Made by a program: the position numbers and the translations under genes. Of a DNA stretch of 64,000 nt, positions 1-10,797 are shown in pieces; the stretch's first letter is position 1; the number at the start of each line of letters is the position of its first letter. Below the pieces are notes generated by a model, which did no database searches, had not been told where the DNA came from, and saw only the letters and a program-made list of their open reading frames with translations. This stretch comes from Eledone cirrhosa (lineage: Eukaryota). The stretch is from contig OZ024744.1 of the NCBI GenBank assembly GCA_964016885.1, positions 57,412,001-57,476,000 on the forward strand, in the 5' to 3' direction.

Positions 1-2671
1 TCAAGGAGACGAGCTGGGGAAAAACGTGTCTTGCAAACGGCGACCACACCTGATCACCGTCGAGGAAGAGGTGGAGATGTCGTAGCCTGAGCACGTGTCT
101 GCGCATCATCAGCCACGGCATGCCCAGCCCTCCACGTAGCGGGTGTTGACAGCAGATGGACCGCCTGACCATCGGAGCGCGTCCCTTCCACAAGAAGCGA
201 AAGAGCAAACGCTCCAGCGCAGTCAGGCGGGGCTTAGGACAAGGTACGACGGTCAGGCGGTAGTAGATGACGGATGCGATGTACGCATTCGCCACCTCCG
301 CTCGACCTTTTAGGGATAGCTTCCTCTCGGCCCATTTCTGGGTGAGAGAAGCCACCCTGCTCGTCACCTCGTCCCAGTTTTTGTCCGTCTGGAGGTCTGG
401 ACCGAACCAGACCCCTAGAAATTTAACCGGTCCGTCCGTCCAGCGCCCGACGACGCTGTTGGACGGCATGGACCTGCCTCTCCAGGTGCCGAGCTGCAGG
501 CCCACTGACTTTTCCTGGTTGATCATTGCTCCTGTCACCGCTTCGTATTCTCTTAGTGTAGTACCGATCGCCTCGATGTGTTTGGCGTTCGACACCACTA
601 CGGTGACATCGTCGGCATATGCTGACACGGATCTTCCGCATCCTAGTTCGCGCGGGACCCCCCTCAACGTCTCCAGTTTGTGCAGTAATGGCTCGAGAGT
701 CAATACGTACAATAGGGACGAGAGGGGACATCCTTGGCGGACCGAGCGCATGATGTTGAACGGTTCCGAAAGGTGACCGTTCACTCTCACTACAGAGCAG
801 ATCTCGCTGTGCATGGCAGCGATCCAGCCTCTGAAGACGGGCCCAAAGCCAGCCGCCCTCAGGACGGCCGCTAGGTAACGATGGTCGACCCTATCGAAGG
901 CTTTCGACTGATCTAAATTGATCAAAGACCCACCCGTGCCAGGTTCCCTAGCTACCCTCTCTACGATGTATCGCATGAGGTGGAGGTTGTCGTGGATGGA
1001 TCTGTCGGGAATGGCGCATGTCTGTGCCTCTCCCACCAGACCACCAACGACAAGCGCCAACCTCTTTGCTAGCACCTTGGCCAAAATCTTGAACTCTGTG
1101 TTTAGCAGAGTTATGGGCCTAAAATTATCTATGTTATCCCCCTTGTTCGGATCCTTTCTCAGCAGCGCCACCGCTCCTCGGCTCACAGAGCTGGGAATTC
1201 TCCCGTTCTGTTGCCAGTTGCAGTAGACGTCCGCCAAGAGGCCTCCGAACAAGTTTGGCATTTGTACGTAAAGTTCATAGGGCAGACCATCCAAACCAGG
1301 CGATTTGCCCCTTGTGCAACTAGTCATTGCATCCCGTACTTCAGCGGTTGTTATCGGCTTTTCGCAACACTCCGCCTCAGTGGCCGAAAGCCGCGGCAGT
1401 CCGTCGAGGTAGACACTAAAGTCCATCCCTCGATCCGGCCCGCCACTGCCCCCGAACAGTTGAGCGAAGTGTCGCTGAAAAGCTTCACACATTTGCCCGG
1501 GATCGAGTAGCATGCGCCCGTCGTGGTCCACCAAAGACCGGATCGTGGCTTTGTTGCCACGACGCGCCTCCGCCACTCGGGCCCATTCAACGGCTTTCGT
1601 CCCCTCGTGTCTGAGAGCACGCACCCTAGCTCTGACAACGCAGCCTTCGTGCTTTGCATTGAAGAATTGGTCAAGGGCCAATTTCGCCGCAAGTACGTCG
1701 GTCGCGATGCCTTTGCTAAGCGCCTCATCTAATTTTCTAACTAATTCTCCCTCTGCTCTATTTTTCTCTATTGCTAAAGTCTTACTAAACCTAATGGACT
1801 CTATTCTAATTGCTCTTTTCAGAGCAAACCACCACTTGTTGTTGACGATGGCCCCCGTCAACGCCCGCTTAACTAGTTCGCTAATCCGGTCTCTGTAGGC
1901 CTTGCGCGCTGGTAAGGACGCGTTTAGCTTCCAGTAGCCGGGTCCTCGTCTATGAAGCCTATCTAAGTCAAGCACACAGATCACGAATTTGTGGTCCGTG
2001 TAGCTGACTATCTTGAATTGTGGACAGCCTATGCTAGACCTATCTATTTCCCTACAAAATACTCTATCTAGATATGATCTGGATGACCCTATGCGATTTG
2101 TCCAAGTCCACATTGGTACATTCGGGAAATCCATTCGGTACCTGTCAGACAGTTCAAAACGTCTGAGCAGGTTGGTGAGACTCTTGCACCCTCCTTCCCT
2201 ATCCACTAATCCCACACAATCCCAGCGTGCATCTAAGATCCCGTTCCAGTCGCCCACTAACACTAAAGAGCGGGACGTTCCAAGAAAGGTCTCCAGACGC
2301 CGGAAGAAATCAGGCCGCCCTGCTCCTGTCGGGGCATAGACGGCCACTAACCTGAAAGCTTGCCCGTCTCCGCTGGTCACGTCCAGCACCACCAACTTAC
2401 CTTCTGGGTCCAGGAAGATGGCCCGTATGGCAAGATCCAAACCTCTCCGAAAAAGCACAGCAACTCCTCCCCCCGATCCCGGACGGCTGGGAGATGCGTA
2501 CACATCGTAGCCGCCGAAGATCGGTGCGAAAGCCTGTGCTTCGGAGATTCTGGTCTCGCTGATGGCCACTACATCTATGTTTAGTGACCTGAGGTCGTTG
2601 AGCAGGTGGCCCTGCTTCCATGACGACCCCAAGCCACGCGCATTTATGCTGCCTATTCTGAGTGAGGTCAT
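1..2671 (-). CDS. LINE ORF2 (APE endonuclease + reverse transcriptase), partial, runs off window edge; absent from ORF track
   Basis: Manual translation from ATG at 2671: MTSLRIGSINARGL...VVAISETR, LVAVYAP, LVGDWN, SYLDRVF, GPGYWKLN (APE). RT motifs SVRQGCPLS (~720-745) and SAYADDVT (Y codon at 619, in frame with 2671). Not every codon was checked for stops. Confidence 0.92.
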   Translation of the reverse strand, partial: MTSLRIGSINARGLGSSWKQGHLLNDLRSLNIDVVAISETRISEAQAFAPIFGGYDVYASPSRPGSGGGVAVLFRRGLDLAIRAIFLDPEGKLVVLDVTSGDGQAFRLVAVYAPTGAGRPDFFRRLETFLGTSRSLVLVGDWNGILDARWDCVGLVDREGGCKSLTNLLRRFELSDRYRMDFPNVPMWTWTNRIGSSRSYLDRVFCREIDRSSIGCPQFKIVSYTDHKFVICVLDLDRLHRRGPGYWKLNASLPARKAYRDRISELVKRALTGAIVNNKWWFALKRAIRIESIRFSKTLAIEKNRAEGELVRKLDEALSKGIATDVLAAKLALDQFFNAKHEGCVVRARVRALRHEGTKAVEWARVAEARRGNKATIRSLVDHDGRMLLDPGQMCEAFQRHFAQLFGGSGGPDRGMDFSVYLDGLPRLSATEAECCEKPITTAEVRDAMTSCTRGKSPGLDGLPYELYVQMPNLFGGLLADVYCNWQQNGRIPSSVSRGAVALLRKDPNKGDNIDNFRPITLLNTEFKILAKVLAKRLALVVGGLVGEAQTCAIPDRSIHDNLHLMRYIVERVAREPGTGGSLINLDQSKAFDRVDHRYLAAVLRAAGFGPVFRGWIAAMHSEICSVVRVNGHLSEPFNIMRSVRQGCPLSSLLYVLTLEPLLHKLETLRGVPRELGCGRSVSAYADDVTVVVSNAKHIEAIGTTLREYEAVTGAMINQEKSVGLQLGTWRGRSMPSNSVVGRWTDGPVKFLGVWFGPDLQTDKNWDEVTSRVASLTQKWAERKLSLKGRAEVANAYIASVIYYRLTVVPCPKPRLTALERLLFRFLWKGRAPMVRRSICCQHPLRGGLGMPWLMMRRHVLRLRHLHLFLDGDQVWSPFARHVFPQLVSL

Positions 2672-2705
2672 GTTGAAAAGGAGTGGAAAAGATGGGAAAG
2701 ACCAC

Positions 2706-4559
2706 TTACCTTACTTCTCGTAGGGGAAGGACGGCTTTTCCATCCTTTTCACTGCTTGTGGCCTCCTCAGGAAGGATGTCCTTATAAATCCTTCTGGAGA
2801 GTGCTTGTCGGAAGTCTCCGATGTCTTTGGGGAATTTTTGTTTTAGTGTCATGTACGTTTTCTGTGTGATGCGAGTGATTTGTATGTGTGGAGGTGGTGT
2901 GAATTTTGGGGTTGTTGTGTAGTCTTTTTCTGTGATGCTGGTGTTGTGTTGGATGTAGTGTAATAATTGCTTGTTGTTCAAATTTAATGCTGTGTAGTGT
3001 GTATCGTTTTGGTTGTTTTGTTTTGTTTGCGTTTGTTGTGGGTTTGTTTCTGTTTCGCTTTTTGGTGACTTTTGTGGTGTAGGTGATGGTGGTGCTGGGG
3101 ATGATGATGGTGATGGTGTTGGTGTTTGGGTTGATGGGGTTGGTGATGCTGGTGTGGATGGTGGCATATCTGTCCTAACTTTTTTGTTTCTTAGTTTATT
3201 TGTTTCCCTCTGTATTTTGTTTTTGGAGGGGGAAGGAAGAGAATTTTTTCTTTTTTGGTTTCTTTTTTTTTTTCCGGATATCGTTTCCCACTCCTCGTCG
3301 TCACAATCTGTCTCCAGTTGTGATAGGCCGGGGAGTGGAAAATCCTCCACAGCCGTTAGTTTTGGTTGTGGTGTGGTGGATGGTGTAGGCGCTGGTGCTA
3401 GTTCTGAAGCGTTGGGTGGTGGTGGTGTTGGTTTTGCTGGTGGTGGTAGTGGTGTTGGTTTTGCTACTGTTGCTGGGGTTGTTGCTGTTATAGTTGCTTC
3501 TGTTGTTGCTGCTACAGTTGTTGCTGCCATCTCTGCTACTGGTGGTGTTGATGGTTTTGTCACTGGGGTGGGTAGGAGAGGTGGCCTCAACCTTTTAGCC
3601 TGAGGGCAGAAAGCCCTTAGGTGGGTTCCTTCACCACAAACGACACACCTAGGTCTTCTGCCCTCGACAATTACCGTGAGGTGGCTGCCGTCAGTGAGGT
3701 CTATTACCTCTGGGATCTCCTCAATGCTTTTTTGGTCCGCTTGGATCAGGAGCTCCATCCCAGATCCGGACCAGTTTTCCTGCTTTTCTTTTGCTACTGC
3801 TATTATTTTCATGTTGGCTTCGATGCCGGTGAGGACAGCCGCTATTAGCCAGGGAATTTCGATGGCCGGTGGAACGTGGGTCACCCTGATCTTTACGAGT
3901 CTCTGGCCACAATAGCTTGGGACGAGTGTGAGGTCGTCACTTTTTAATGGGGCCATGGAGTGTTCTCTAGCCTCCTCTGGTGTTTCAAAGAACACATCCA
4001 CGGTTCCATACTTTTGCCCACGTCTGATGTGGGTTTTTCTTGCCCACACATGTCCCAAAGCTTTTTGGATTTGGGACTCGGATGCCCGTTCCACTCGGCG
4101 CGATTTTACATTTATTGTTCTATACGACACGGTGCACAGGCGCCGATGCTCCATTTTATTAGGTGGGGGGGTGAGGCTGACCCTGTACCCATCTTTCTTT
4201 ACCATTTGTTTGGCATTTTCTAAATCTTCTTGGGTTACCGTGAACGCTTCGAATTGTTTTGCTACGATGGCGAAACTGAGGGTCGGTTTTATAATGTCAT
4301 TGTTGTTGTTGTTGTTATCGTTAATATTAATTTTATTTTCAGTTGTGGTGGTTGTGACGTCAGTCGTCTTTGGTGGGGAAGAGTCCATTTTGCTTGATTT
4401 CATTTCGACGTCACGAGTTAATTTATTTTTTTCTTCTTTTGTTTCTGTTGTCGCGGTGGTGGTGGTGGTGGTGGTGGTTGTCGCGGTGGTGGTGGTGGTG
4501 GAGGGTTTAACACCTGCAGTCATTGGTAATGGCGGGAAATGAATGTTTGCCTGAGACAA
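2706..4559 (-). CDS. LINE ORF1 (gag-like nucleic-acid-binding protein)
   Basis: 617-aa ORF with CX2CX4HX4C knuckle (CVVCGEGTHLRAFC), basic KKKRNQKRK patch and T/P-rich tracts, directly upstream of ORF2. The track start is TTG; first in-frame ATG is 4523 (see frameshift finding). Confidence 0.88.
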   Translation of the reverse strand: MSQANIHFPPLPMTAGVKPSTTTTTATTTTTTTTTATTETKEEKNKLTRDVEMKSSKMDSSPPKTTDVTTTTTENKININDNNNNNNDIIKPTLSFAIVAKQFEAFTVTQEDLENAKQMVKKDGYRVSLTPPPNKMEHRRLCTVSYRTINVKSRRVERASESQIQKALGHVWARKTHIRRGQKYGTVDVFFETPEEAREHSMAPLKSDDLTLVPSYCGQRLVKIRVTHVPPAIEIPWLIAAVLTGIEANMKIIAVAKEKQENWSGSGMELLIQADQKSIEEIPEVIDLTDGSHLTVIVEGRRPRCVVCGEGTHLRAFCPQAKRLRPPLLPTPVTKPSTPPVAEMAATTVAATTEATITATTPATVAKPTPLPPPAKPTPPPPNASELAPAPTPSTTPQPKLTAVEDFPLPGLSQLETDCDDEEWETISGKKKRNQKRKNSLPSPSKNKIQRETNKLRNKKVRTDMPPSTPASPTPSTQTPTPSPSSSPAPPSPTPQKSPKSETETNPQQTQTKQNNQNDTHYTALNLNNKQLLHYIQHNTSITEKDYTTTPKFTPPPHIQITRITQKTYMTLKQKFPKDIGDFRQALSRRIYKDILPEEATSSEKDGKAVLPLREVR

Positions 4560-4906
4560 ATTTAAAATATTGCTACTGCTTATATTTTTTTTGTGTTGGC
4601 AAACGTAGTAACATTTACAATGGTGGTGTCGGTGTGAGGTGTTATTTTGTGAGGAAGGCTTTCAGCTGCTTCGTGCAGAGGGGAATTAGCCATTTTTTTT
4701 CAAAGAAATTTTTGGATAATAATAAAAGTTAAAATTTTGGGCACAAGGCCCCAATCTGTTTGGGTGTCCTTTTCGGAAAACAATGTATGTGTGCTTATAA
4801 ACAGTTTACAATAAAATTTTCCATAAATGGCAATTTTTAAACAAACGGAAATAACAAACCTTTGCGGAGCTCACGATAATACGATTTCCTACGTAGGTCG
4901 CCAATC

Positions 4907-4956
<50 letters not shown>
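4907..4956. repeat. (TAA)n microsatellite; 3' tail of one LINE copy and flank of the next
   Basis: Pure TAA run between the 5' end of the full-length LINE and the AATAAA-bearing 3' end of the truncated copy. Confidence 0.95.
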
Positions 4957-4958
<2 letters not shown>

Positions 4959-5877
4959 TTTCTTTATTAACCACAAGGGTTTACATAAAGTAGACATTAA
5001 GGACGGTACAAATGGGCATTTCTGCGTGTAAAAAAACAAAAAAAACAGAGGGTGTAACAAAAAATAACAATGAAAAATTCCCCAATAGGGGGGAGACTTC
5101 GGAGGGACATTTGTGGAGAAAGCCCATTAAAAGGCCACAATGACCCTGACCACCAAGGCAAGTGCCCTCTCCCAGTTTTCCACCTTTAATTTACAGATAT
5201 ATACTCAGAGTAGGCCCATTCACTCGGGCCATTCTTGCTTCTCTCACCCATCTTTCAACAAAATGCTGGGAAGAGAGCACTTCCCTCTCTACTCTGATTT
5301 TCCTTTTCAAATGAAATTTGAAAAAGTCAATCAGAGCATCACCGAAGAGGTAAGTGCTCGTCTTCAGCCCTTTCAAACGTGTCCACCATACTATCTCTTT
5401 CGCCATGGCCACCAGACAGATAAAAACTGCCTGCCCTTCCCGGCTAAAGGAGGAGGGCGGGGCAATCCTCACGATGTACTCAGATGAAAGCCGGATCCGT
5501 CCTACACGCGACAGCAGGTGTTCGACATAAACCCACAAGTCAGCAATGCTCGGACACTGGACGAGTGCGTGCAGGACGGTTTCGTCGCCCTGTGCGCATC
5601 TCGGACATGCCCGGCTGACGGCACCTCCATGCCTGTAGAGTTTATCCCGAACTGGCAAGGCTCCTCGGTAGCACTGCCAGGCCAGAGATTTCTGGAAGTT
5701 GTCCATAGGCCCTGGCCCGAAAGTTCTTCAGAAGAGATTGGCTAGTTGATTTTCGTCGACGCCTAGAGTTTCCCCAAGTACGTCGTCGCTCTTCCCCTCC
5801 ACTAATCCTCTATAGAACGCCGAGGTGGAGTTTCCACCGATCACATTGCCCGATTGGTCGAGGGCTGTGAGCGCCAA

Positions 5878-5878
<1 letters not shown>
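4957..5878 (-). mobile_element. 5'-truncated L1/Tx1 copy (ORF2 C-terminal zinc-binding region + 3' UTR)
   Basis: ORF 5191-5706 has WQCYRGALPVRDKL...CPRCAQGDETVLHALVQCP (L1-type C-terminal CCHC). AATAAA at 4963-4968 (minus) then (ATT)n tail. Confidence 0.9.
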
Positions 5879-5923
<45 letters not shown>

Positions 5924-6237
5924 GCACACATATCCTTAGATTCATACGAACGTATAATAACACACACACACACACACACATAAGCATGCAAACACATACA
6001 GCTCTATATACAAAACGCTTTTTTCCCCCCCTTTCATATAGACGCACTCCATCATCTACTTTTCTAAAAAAGTATATCATACACAAAATGCCAACATCCA
6101 AAGTTTTCCAAGAGATGTCAACATGAATAAATATGTTATTAATGGACCTATTATTTTTCTTTAAAAAATTTTTTATTTCTGTTTCTGCCCTGCCCGTCTC
6201 TTCAATCTTTCTTTTTCTTCTTTAATTTCTAACTCTT

Positions 6238-6273
6238 TCTTCTGATGAAGGACTAGCGTCAAAAACGTTAAGA
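6238..6273 (+). ncRNA. Degenerate minimal type I hammerhead motif
   Basis: TCTT-CTGATGA-AG-GAC(TAGC)GTC-AAAAAC-GTT-AAGA; stem I TCTT/AAGA, but the G of GAAA is lost. Confidence 0.45.
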
Positions 6274-6376
6274 CTCTCCTCCTGCTATTTCAAGCATTAA
6301 ACGAATATATTTCTTCCATCTACTGTTCTGTTTGTGTTGTTATTTTTGTTATTTCTATTTACCTTTTACATATATT

Positions 6377-6470
<94 letters not shown>

Positions 6471-6720
6471 TATATCTACAGTAGAAAGTAAATATATTGT
6501 TGTATCAAATATGCATAAACACACACGTGCATGTACATTCAGACACACACACACATGCATCACACCTATATACATACACACACATATATATATATACATA
6601 CATGTATTTTTCTTTTTCTTTTCTTATATATTTTTTTAATAAGATATACAGCTATTTAAACATACAGTAGTGTAAAGAGTAAATATCATTCACCATGGTT
6701 GTATTATTATTATTATTATT

Positions 6721-7038
6721 AGACACTCAGCATATAACGGAAAAAACACTGAAGGAAAAGAAAAAAACAATAATAATAATAATTGTTTCTACTTTATGCA
6801 CAAGGCCAGCAATTACCCAATACATTACTGGTACTTTATTTTATCGATCCTGTAAGGATGAAAGGCAAAGTTAATCCCGCCGAGGTTAACTTTGCCTTTC
6901 ATCCTTACGGGGTCGATAAAATAAAGTACCTGTAATGTACTGGGTAATTGCTGGCCTTGTGCCTAAAGTAGAAACAATTATTATTATTATTGATTTTTCT
7001 TTTCCTTCAGTGTTGTTTCCGTTATATGCTGAGTGTCT
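6721..7038. repeat. ~318-bp palindrome made of two inverted SINE 3' halves plus flank
   Basis: AGACACTCAGCATATAACGG...CCGTTATATGCTGAGTGTCT, centre ~6879; arms carry GCCTTTCATCCTTACGGGGTCGATAAAATAAAGTACC and an (ATT)n tail. Confidence 0.9.
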
Positions 7039-7397
7039 TCCTGACACCTAGGGCAAATAAACTCACTGTATACATTGGTAAGCCAGTTAACACACCAAAT
7101 TGATTATAGTTTACAGCTTAAAATATATATATAAACGGATAAAATGAAACGAAATTTCATTTCTCACTCTCAGTACGGCTGTTACTTAAATATAAGTATG
7201 TATACGTACATACATATATGTATACAGACGTACAGTAGTATGTATATATATACATACATGCACACATATATATATGTACGTATGGATTCACCGAACATTT
7301 ATTATAATGCTCGGTGTGTTTGTAAACAAACATCCCGAATTAAGCCGTACAGTGTCTAGCAACCATCGTTGCTTATTTGTTCAACACTGACAAAGGA

Positions 7398-7440
7398 ACT
7401 CTGTACTAGTTTCAAGCTTATTAGCTATCGTCAGCAACGT
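7398..7440 (-). ncRNA. Minimal type I hammerhead ribozyme (family A)
   Basis: Minus strand: ACGTTG-CTGACGA-TAGCT(AATA)AGCTT-GAAA-CTAG-TA-CAGAGT. Confidence 0.8.
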
Positions 7441-7714
7441 ATACCTTCCTGCTACATGATTAAACGTCTGAAAGTATATACTTTCCTTATGCATATTAAC
7501 GGCTGAGCAGCCTAATTTGCATATCGAGTGAGTTAATCTGCCGGGCGTACCGAAAACGAGTGAGAAATGAAATTTCGTTTCATTTTTTCCGTTTATCGTT
7601 TTCGGTGCGCCCGGCCGATTAACTCACTCGATATGCAAATTAGGCTGCTCAGCCGTTAATATGCATAAGGAAAGTATATACTTTCAGACGTTCAATCATC
7701 TGGCAGGAAGGTAT

Positions 7715-7757
7715 ACGTTGCTGACGATAGCTAGTAAGCTTGAAACTAGTATAGCGT
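7715..7757 (+). ncRNA. Minimal type I hammerhead ribozyme (family A)
   Basis: ACGTTG-CTGACGA-TAGCT(AGTA)AGCTT-GAAA-CTAG-TA^TAGCGT; predicted GUA cleavage after 7751. Confidence 0.82.
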
Positions 7758-8399
7758 TCCTTTGTCAGTGTTGAACAAATAAGCAACGATGGTTGCTAGA
7801 CACTGTACGGCTTAATTCGGGACGTTTGTTTACAAACACACCGAGCATCATAATAAATGTTCGGTGAATCCATACGTACATATATATATATATGTGTGCA
7901 TGTATGTATATATATATACATACTACTGTACGTCCGTATACATATATGTATGTACGTATACATACTTATATTTAAATATATATATATATATATATACTAT
8001 TATAGTTATTATTATTATCATTACTATTTTTATTATGAATTACATTTTGCCTAGTCATGTGTTTAATTTTGTGTCGAAGCAATTGTAAAGATTAAATGAT
8101 TTAAGAACTTCTATCTGTCAGGTTAATTTGTTATATATACAGATCATTATCAAATGTCCATTCTCCTTGCTAGGAAGGGTTGGACGGGTTTTTGCAAACT
8201 GGCCACAATTTTCAATTTGTCACACCTTTAATGTATGTTTATTACTCTGAGATTTAACTTATCGATTTATCAATATCATCTTATTGAGTGCTTGTGCCAG
8301 CCTCTGAGGATTATTCTCTTGAAAGATGCTAGCCATAAATGCAACTTCGATTTTACTCACTATCATTCTTATATATATATATATGGGTGTGTGTGTGTG

Positions 8400-9140
8400 T
8401 GTATGCTGAGAAAACTACTGCCATTGTTGATAACAATGGAGATTTCTCTCTGAGTGAAAGTATGATACCAATACGTGAAGATTGCACTGGTTTTGATGTG
8501 ATGAGTATGGATGATGATTGTTGTGTGAAGAAGTGCCATGAATAGAAGGAAGCTGCAGTAGAGGAAGATCAAGAAAAACCTGTGTTGAAATTGTGAGAAC
8601 TAAACTCAAATTTCTGAACCCCACAGAGATGATAAAAGTGGAGAGAATAAGGGGAGAGAATCTGGTTTTCTATAGCTAGATATCTTTCCTGTCACCTACC
8701 ACTTTACAGAGTGTACTAAGTTGGTTTATCATATAGATCACCAACACTAGGGAGGTTGTCATATCTATGACACAACTGAAGAATCATCCCAACCCTTTAT
8801 TTGGCAAGTTTTCTACAGCTGGATTCCCTTCCTGTCACTAACCATTTTATAGGGTGTTACTGAGTGCATTTTATTGTGTCACCTACACTAGGGAGGTCAT
8901 CATGTCATTGACACACGCAAAGTGTCCTCTCAATCCTTTTTTTCTTTTGGCATGGTTTTTTACAGCTGAATGCTCTTTCTCTCACCAACCCCGTTACAGG
9001 GTGTATTGTGTGCATTTTACATGGCACCAGCACTAGGAAGGTTGCATTGTAAATGGAGAATTGCCTCAACCCTTTTTAACATAGTTTCTATAACTGAAAG
9101 CCGTTCCTAGCACTAACCTCTATACAGAGTGTACAAGGAA
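8400..9140 (+). mobile_element. Old RTE LINE 3' remnant with tandemly repeated 3' UTR units
   Basis: Decayed match to the RTE C-terminus (…TGFDVMSMDDDCCVKKC…, AGAGGAAGATCAAGAAAAACCTG) followed by several TTTCTACAGCTGGAT.CCCTTCCTGTCAC-like units. Confidence 0.55.
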
Positions 9141-9429
9141 ATGGAGTTACTTTACTCCAGCTTTCACCTTTATATCTCTCTATACACACACATGCATGCA
9201 TCAGTCACAAACACTTGTATATACTCAGATAAACGTCGTAATATCAATTTTCACTAAGTTTAAATATCCAGGAAACATGTTTACAGGAAACATATGTTTA
9301 CAGGAAACATATGTTCACAAAAGTAGTTGACACTAAAATTATTTTAATTCACTTTCTTTAATTACAATTTAAATACTTCAAACCCAGAACAATCACCACC
9401 ACTACCATCACCATTTCTATTACGACGAT

Positions 9430-10175
9430 GATGACCACCACTTCAGAAAAAAGTTGACAATGTTGCTCGGGTGATGCAGTCAACTTATTTCGATCCAGTG
9501 GCTTTTATGCCCTGTTGGAAGACATAAGGTCTTCCATTGCATACAGTTGATCCAAGGCTTAACTTTATCCAGAACCTCAATATACACAGCAGCATTCACC
9601 CTAAGACCTTGTGGAAAAAAATGAGGAAGCATCACATGTTCTTCATTGCTAACAACACCCAAAACTATGACACTTGCAGGAAATTTTGGAACCTCAGCAG
9701 GGTCTGCACATTGCCATCTGTCATTTCTTCTGTTAGTTTTCTGGTCCTGGTCAAAGTTTTTTTCATCTGAGAAAAATCAAATCACACCATCTTCTGATGG
9801 ATGTTTAAGTTTGTTCAAAAGTCTTTTGGATCTGATTAAACGGTTTTCTTTTATTTTTTCTGACATGAATTGACCTCTCCTCATCACGTAACAACTGTAT
9901 CTGATGTCTTCATACACAATATTTCTGATTGTTTTTTCTGACACACCAAAATGTTTTACAATTGACCTCATTGATTTTCCTGGATTGTCATCAATGTTTT
10001 GCTTAACTTCCTGTATTAATTCAGGTGTCCTGATAGAATCAGAGCGTTTGGAATGTTTTTTGTGTTTTGATACAGGTAATACGCTTCCATCTTCTTTCTC
10101 TAACTCACACCGAATCTTGTGGACAAAAGATCTTGTAACTTTCAGAAAAGGAGAAATTTGTAAATTACCATGCTA
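9430..10175 (-). pseudogene. Tc1/mariner (maT/DD37D-like) transposase remnant
   Basis: HFGVSEKTIRNIVYEDIRYSCYVMRRGQFMS...RLIRSKRLLNKLKHP...FFSDEKNFDQDQK, then GVVSNEEHVMLPHFFPQGLRVN...VKPWI; stops and frameshifts present. Confidence 0.85.
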
Positions 10176-10210
10176 GCACAGCTAATACATAAATATAAGT
10201 ATACATATGT

Positions 10211-10243
<33 letters not shown>

Positions 10244-10450
10244 CACATATATATATACATACGCACACATATATACATATACATATGTATGTATGGATTA
10301 TATCAAACATTAAGAATAATGTTCGATTTGTATAGTATATAATATATATATATATATACTATATATTCACTACCCATGCTAGCATGGAAAATAGATGTTA
10401 AATGACGATGATAATGATGATGATACACCATGTATAAACTATAAATGCAC

Positions 10451-10528
<78 letters not shown>

Positions 10529-10797
10529 AGAAAATGAGGTCTTTTTTTTAATGAAAAAAAAAACGAGATGTCCTACACGAGTGAAAATATAAGGAAAATA
10601 AATGAAATCGAAAATGCAACTGGAGTCTTTTTAAGAATATTTATTTGTTTCCTTTACCAGTTTCACAGTTCTCAAAAGTAGAATTGAGATGAAGGGTTTG
10701 TGTTTTTTCTTGCATCTGCAAAACCGGTAAAGGAAACAAATAAATATTCTTAAAAAGACTCCAGTTGCATTTTCCATTTCATCTTTTTTCCTTATAT
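10529..10797. mobile_element. Decayed fold-back copy of HHR family B
   Basis: Inverted arms (ATGCAACTGGAGTCTT...CCTTTACC / GGTAAAGG...AAGACTCCAGTTGCAT) homologous to 15131-15854; ribozyme cores damaged by deletions. Confidence 0.75.

Larger units (their letters stand above)
1..4906 (-). mobile_element. L1/Tx1-clade non-LTR retrotransposon, 5'-complete, 3' end outside window
   Basis: Two-ORF layout on minus strand: ORF1 with zinc knuckle, 34-nt spacer, ORF2 with APE endonuclease and RT motifs. 5' end GATTGGCGACC abuts an (ATT)n tract. Confidence 0.93.
7131..7978. mobile_element. Inverted pair of a ~430-nt non-coding HHR-bearing element (Penelope-like/retrozyme-like family A)
   Basis: ~7186-7558 is inverted at 7596-7978; 7131-7169 is inverted at 7558-7596; flanked by (TA)n; one HHR per arm. 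Confidence 0.85.

Noticed and set aside
267-4542. Plus-strand and alternate-frame ORFs over the LINE
   Set aside because: Shadows of the GC-rich minus-strand ORF1/ORF2; no motifs of their own.
5990-6145. Possible frameshifted Penelope GIY-YIG C-terminus upstream of the 6238 motif
   Set aside because: Similarity (RCQH/NKYVI) is too short and needs frameshifts; not supportable by eye.
7633-7640. Octamer motif ATGCAAAT (mirrored at ~7515)
   Set aside because: Single 8-mer inside a repeat, with no other promoter elements recognised.
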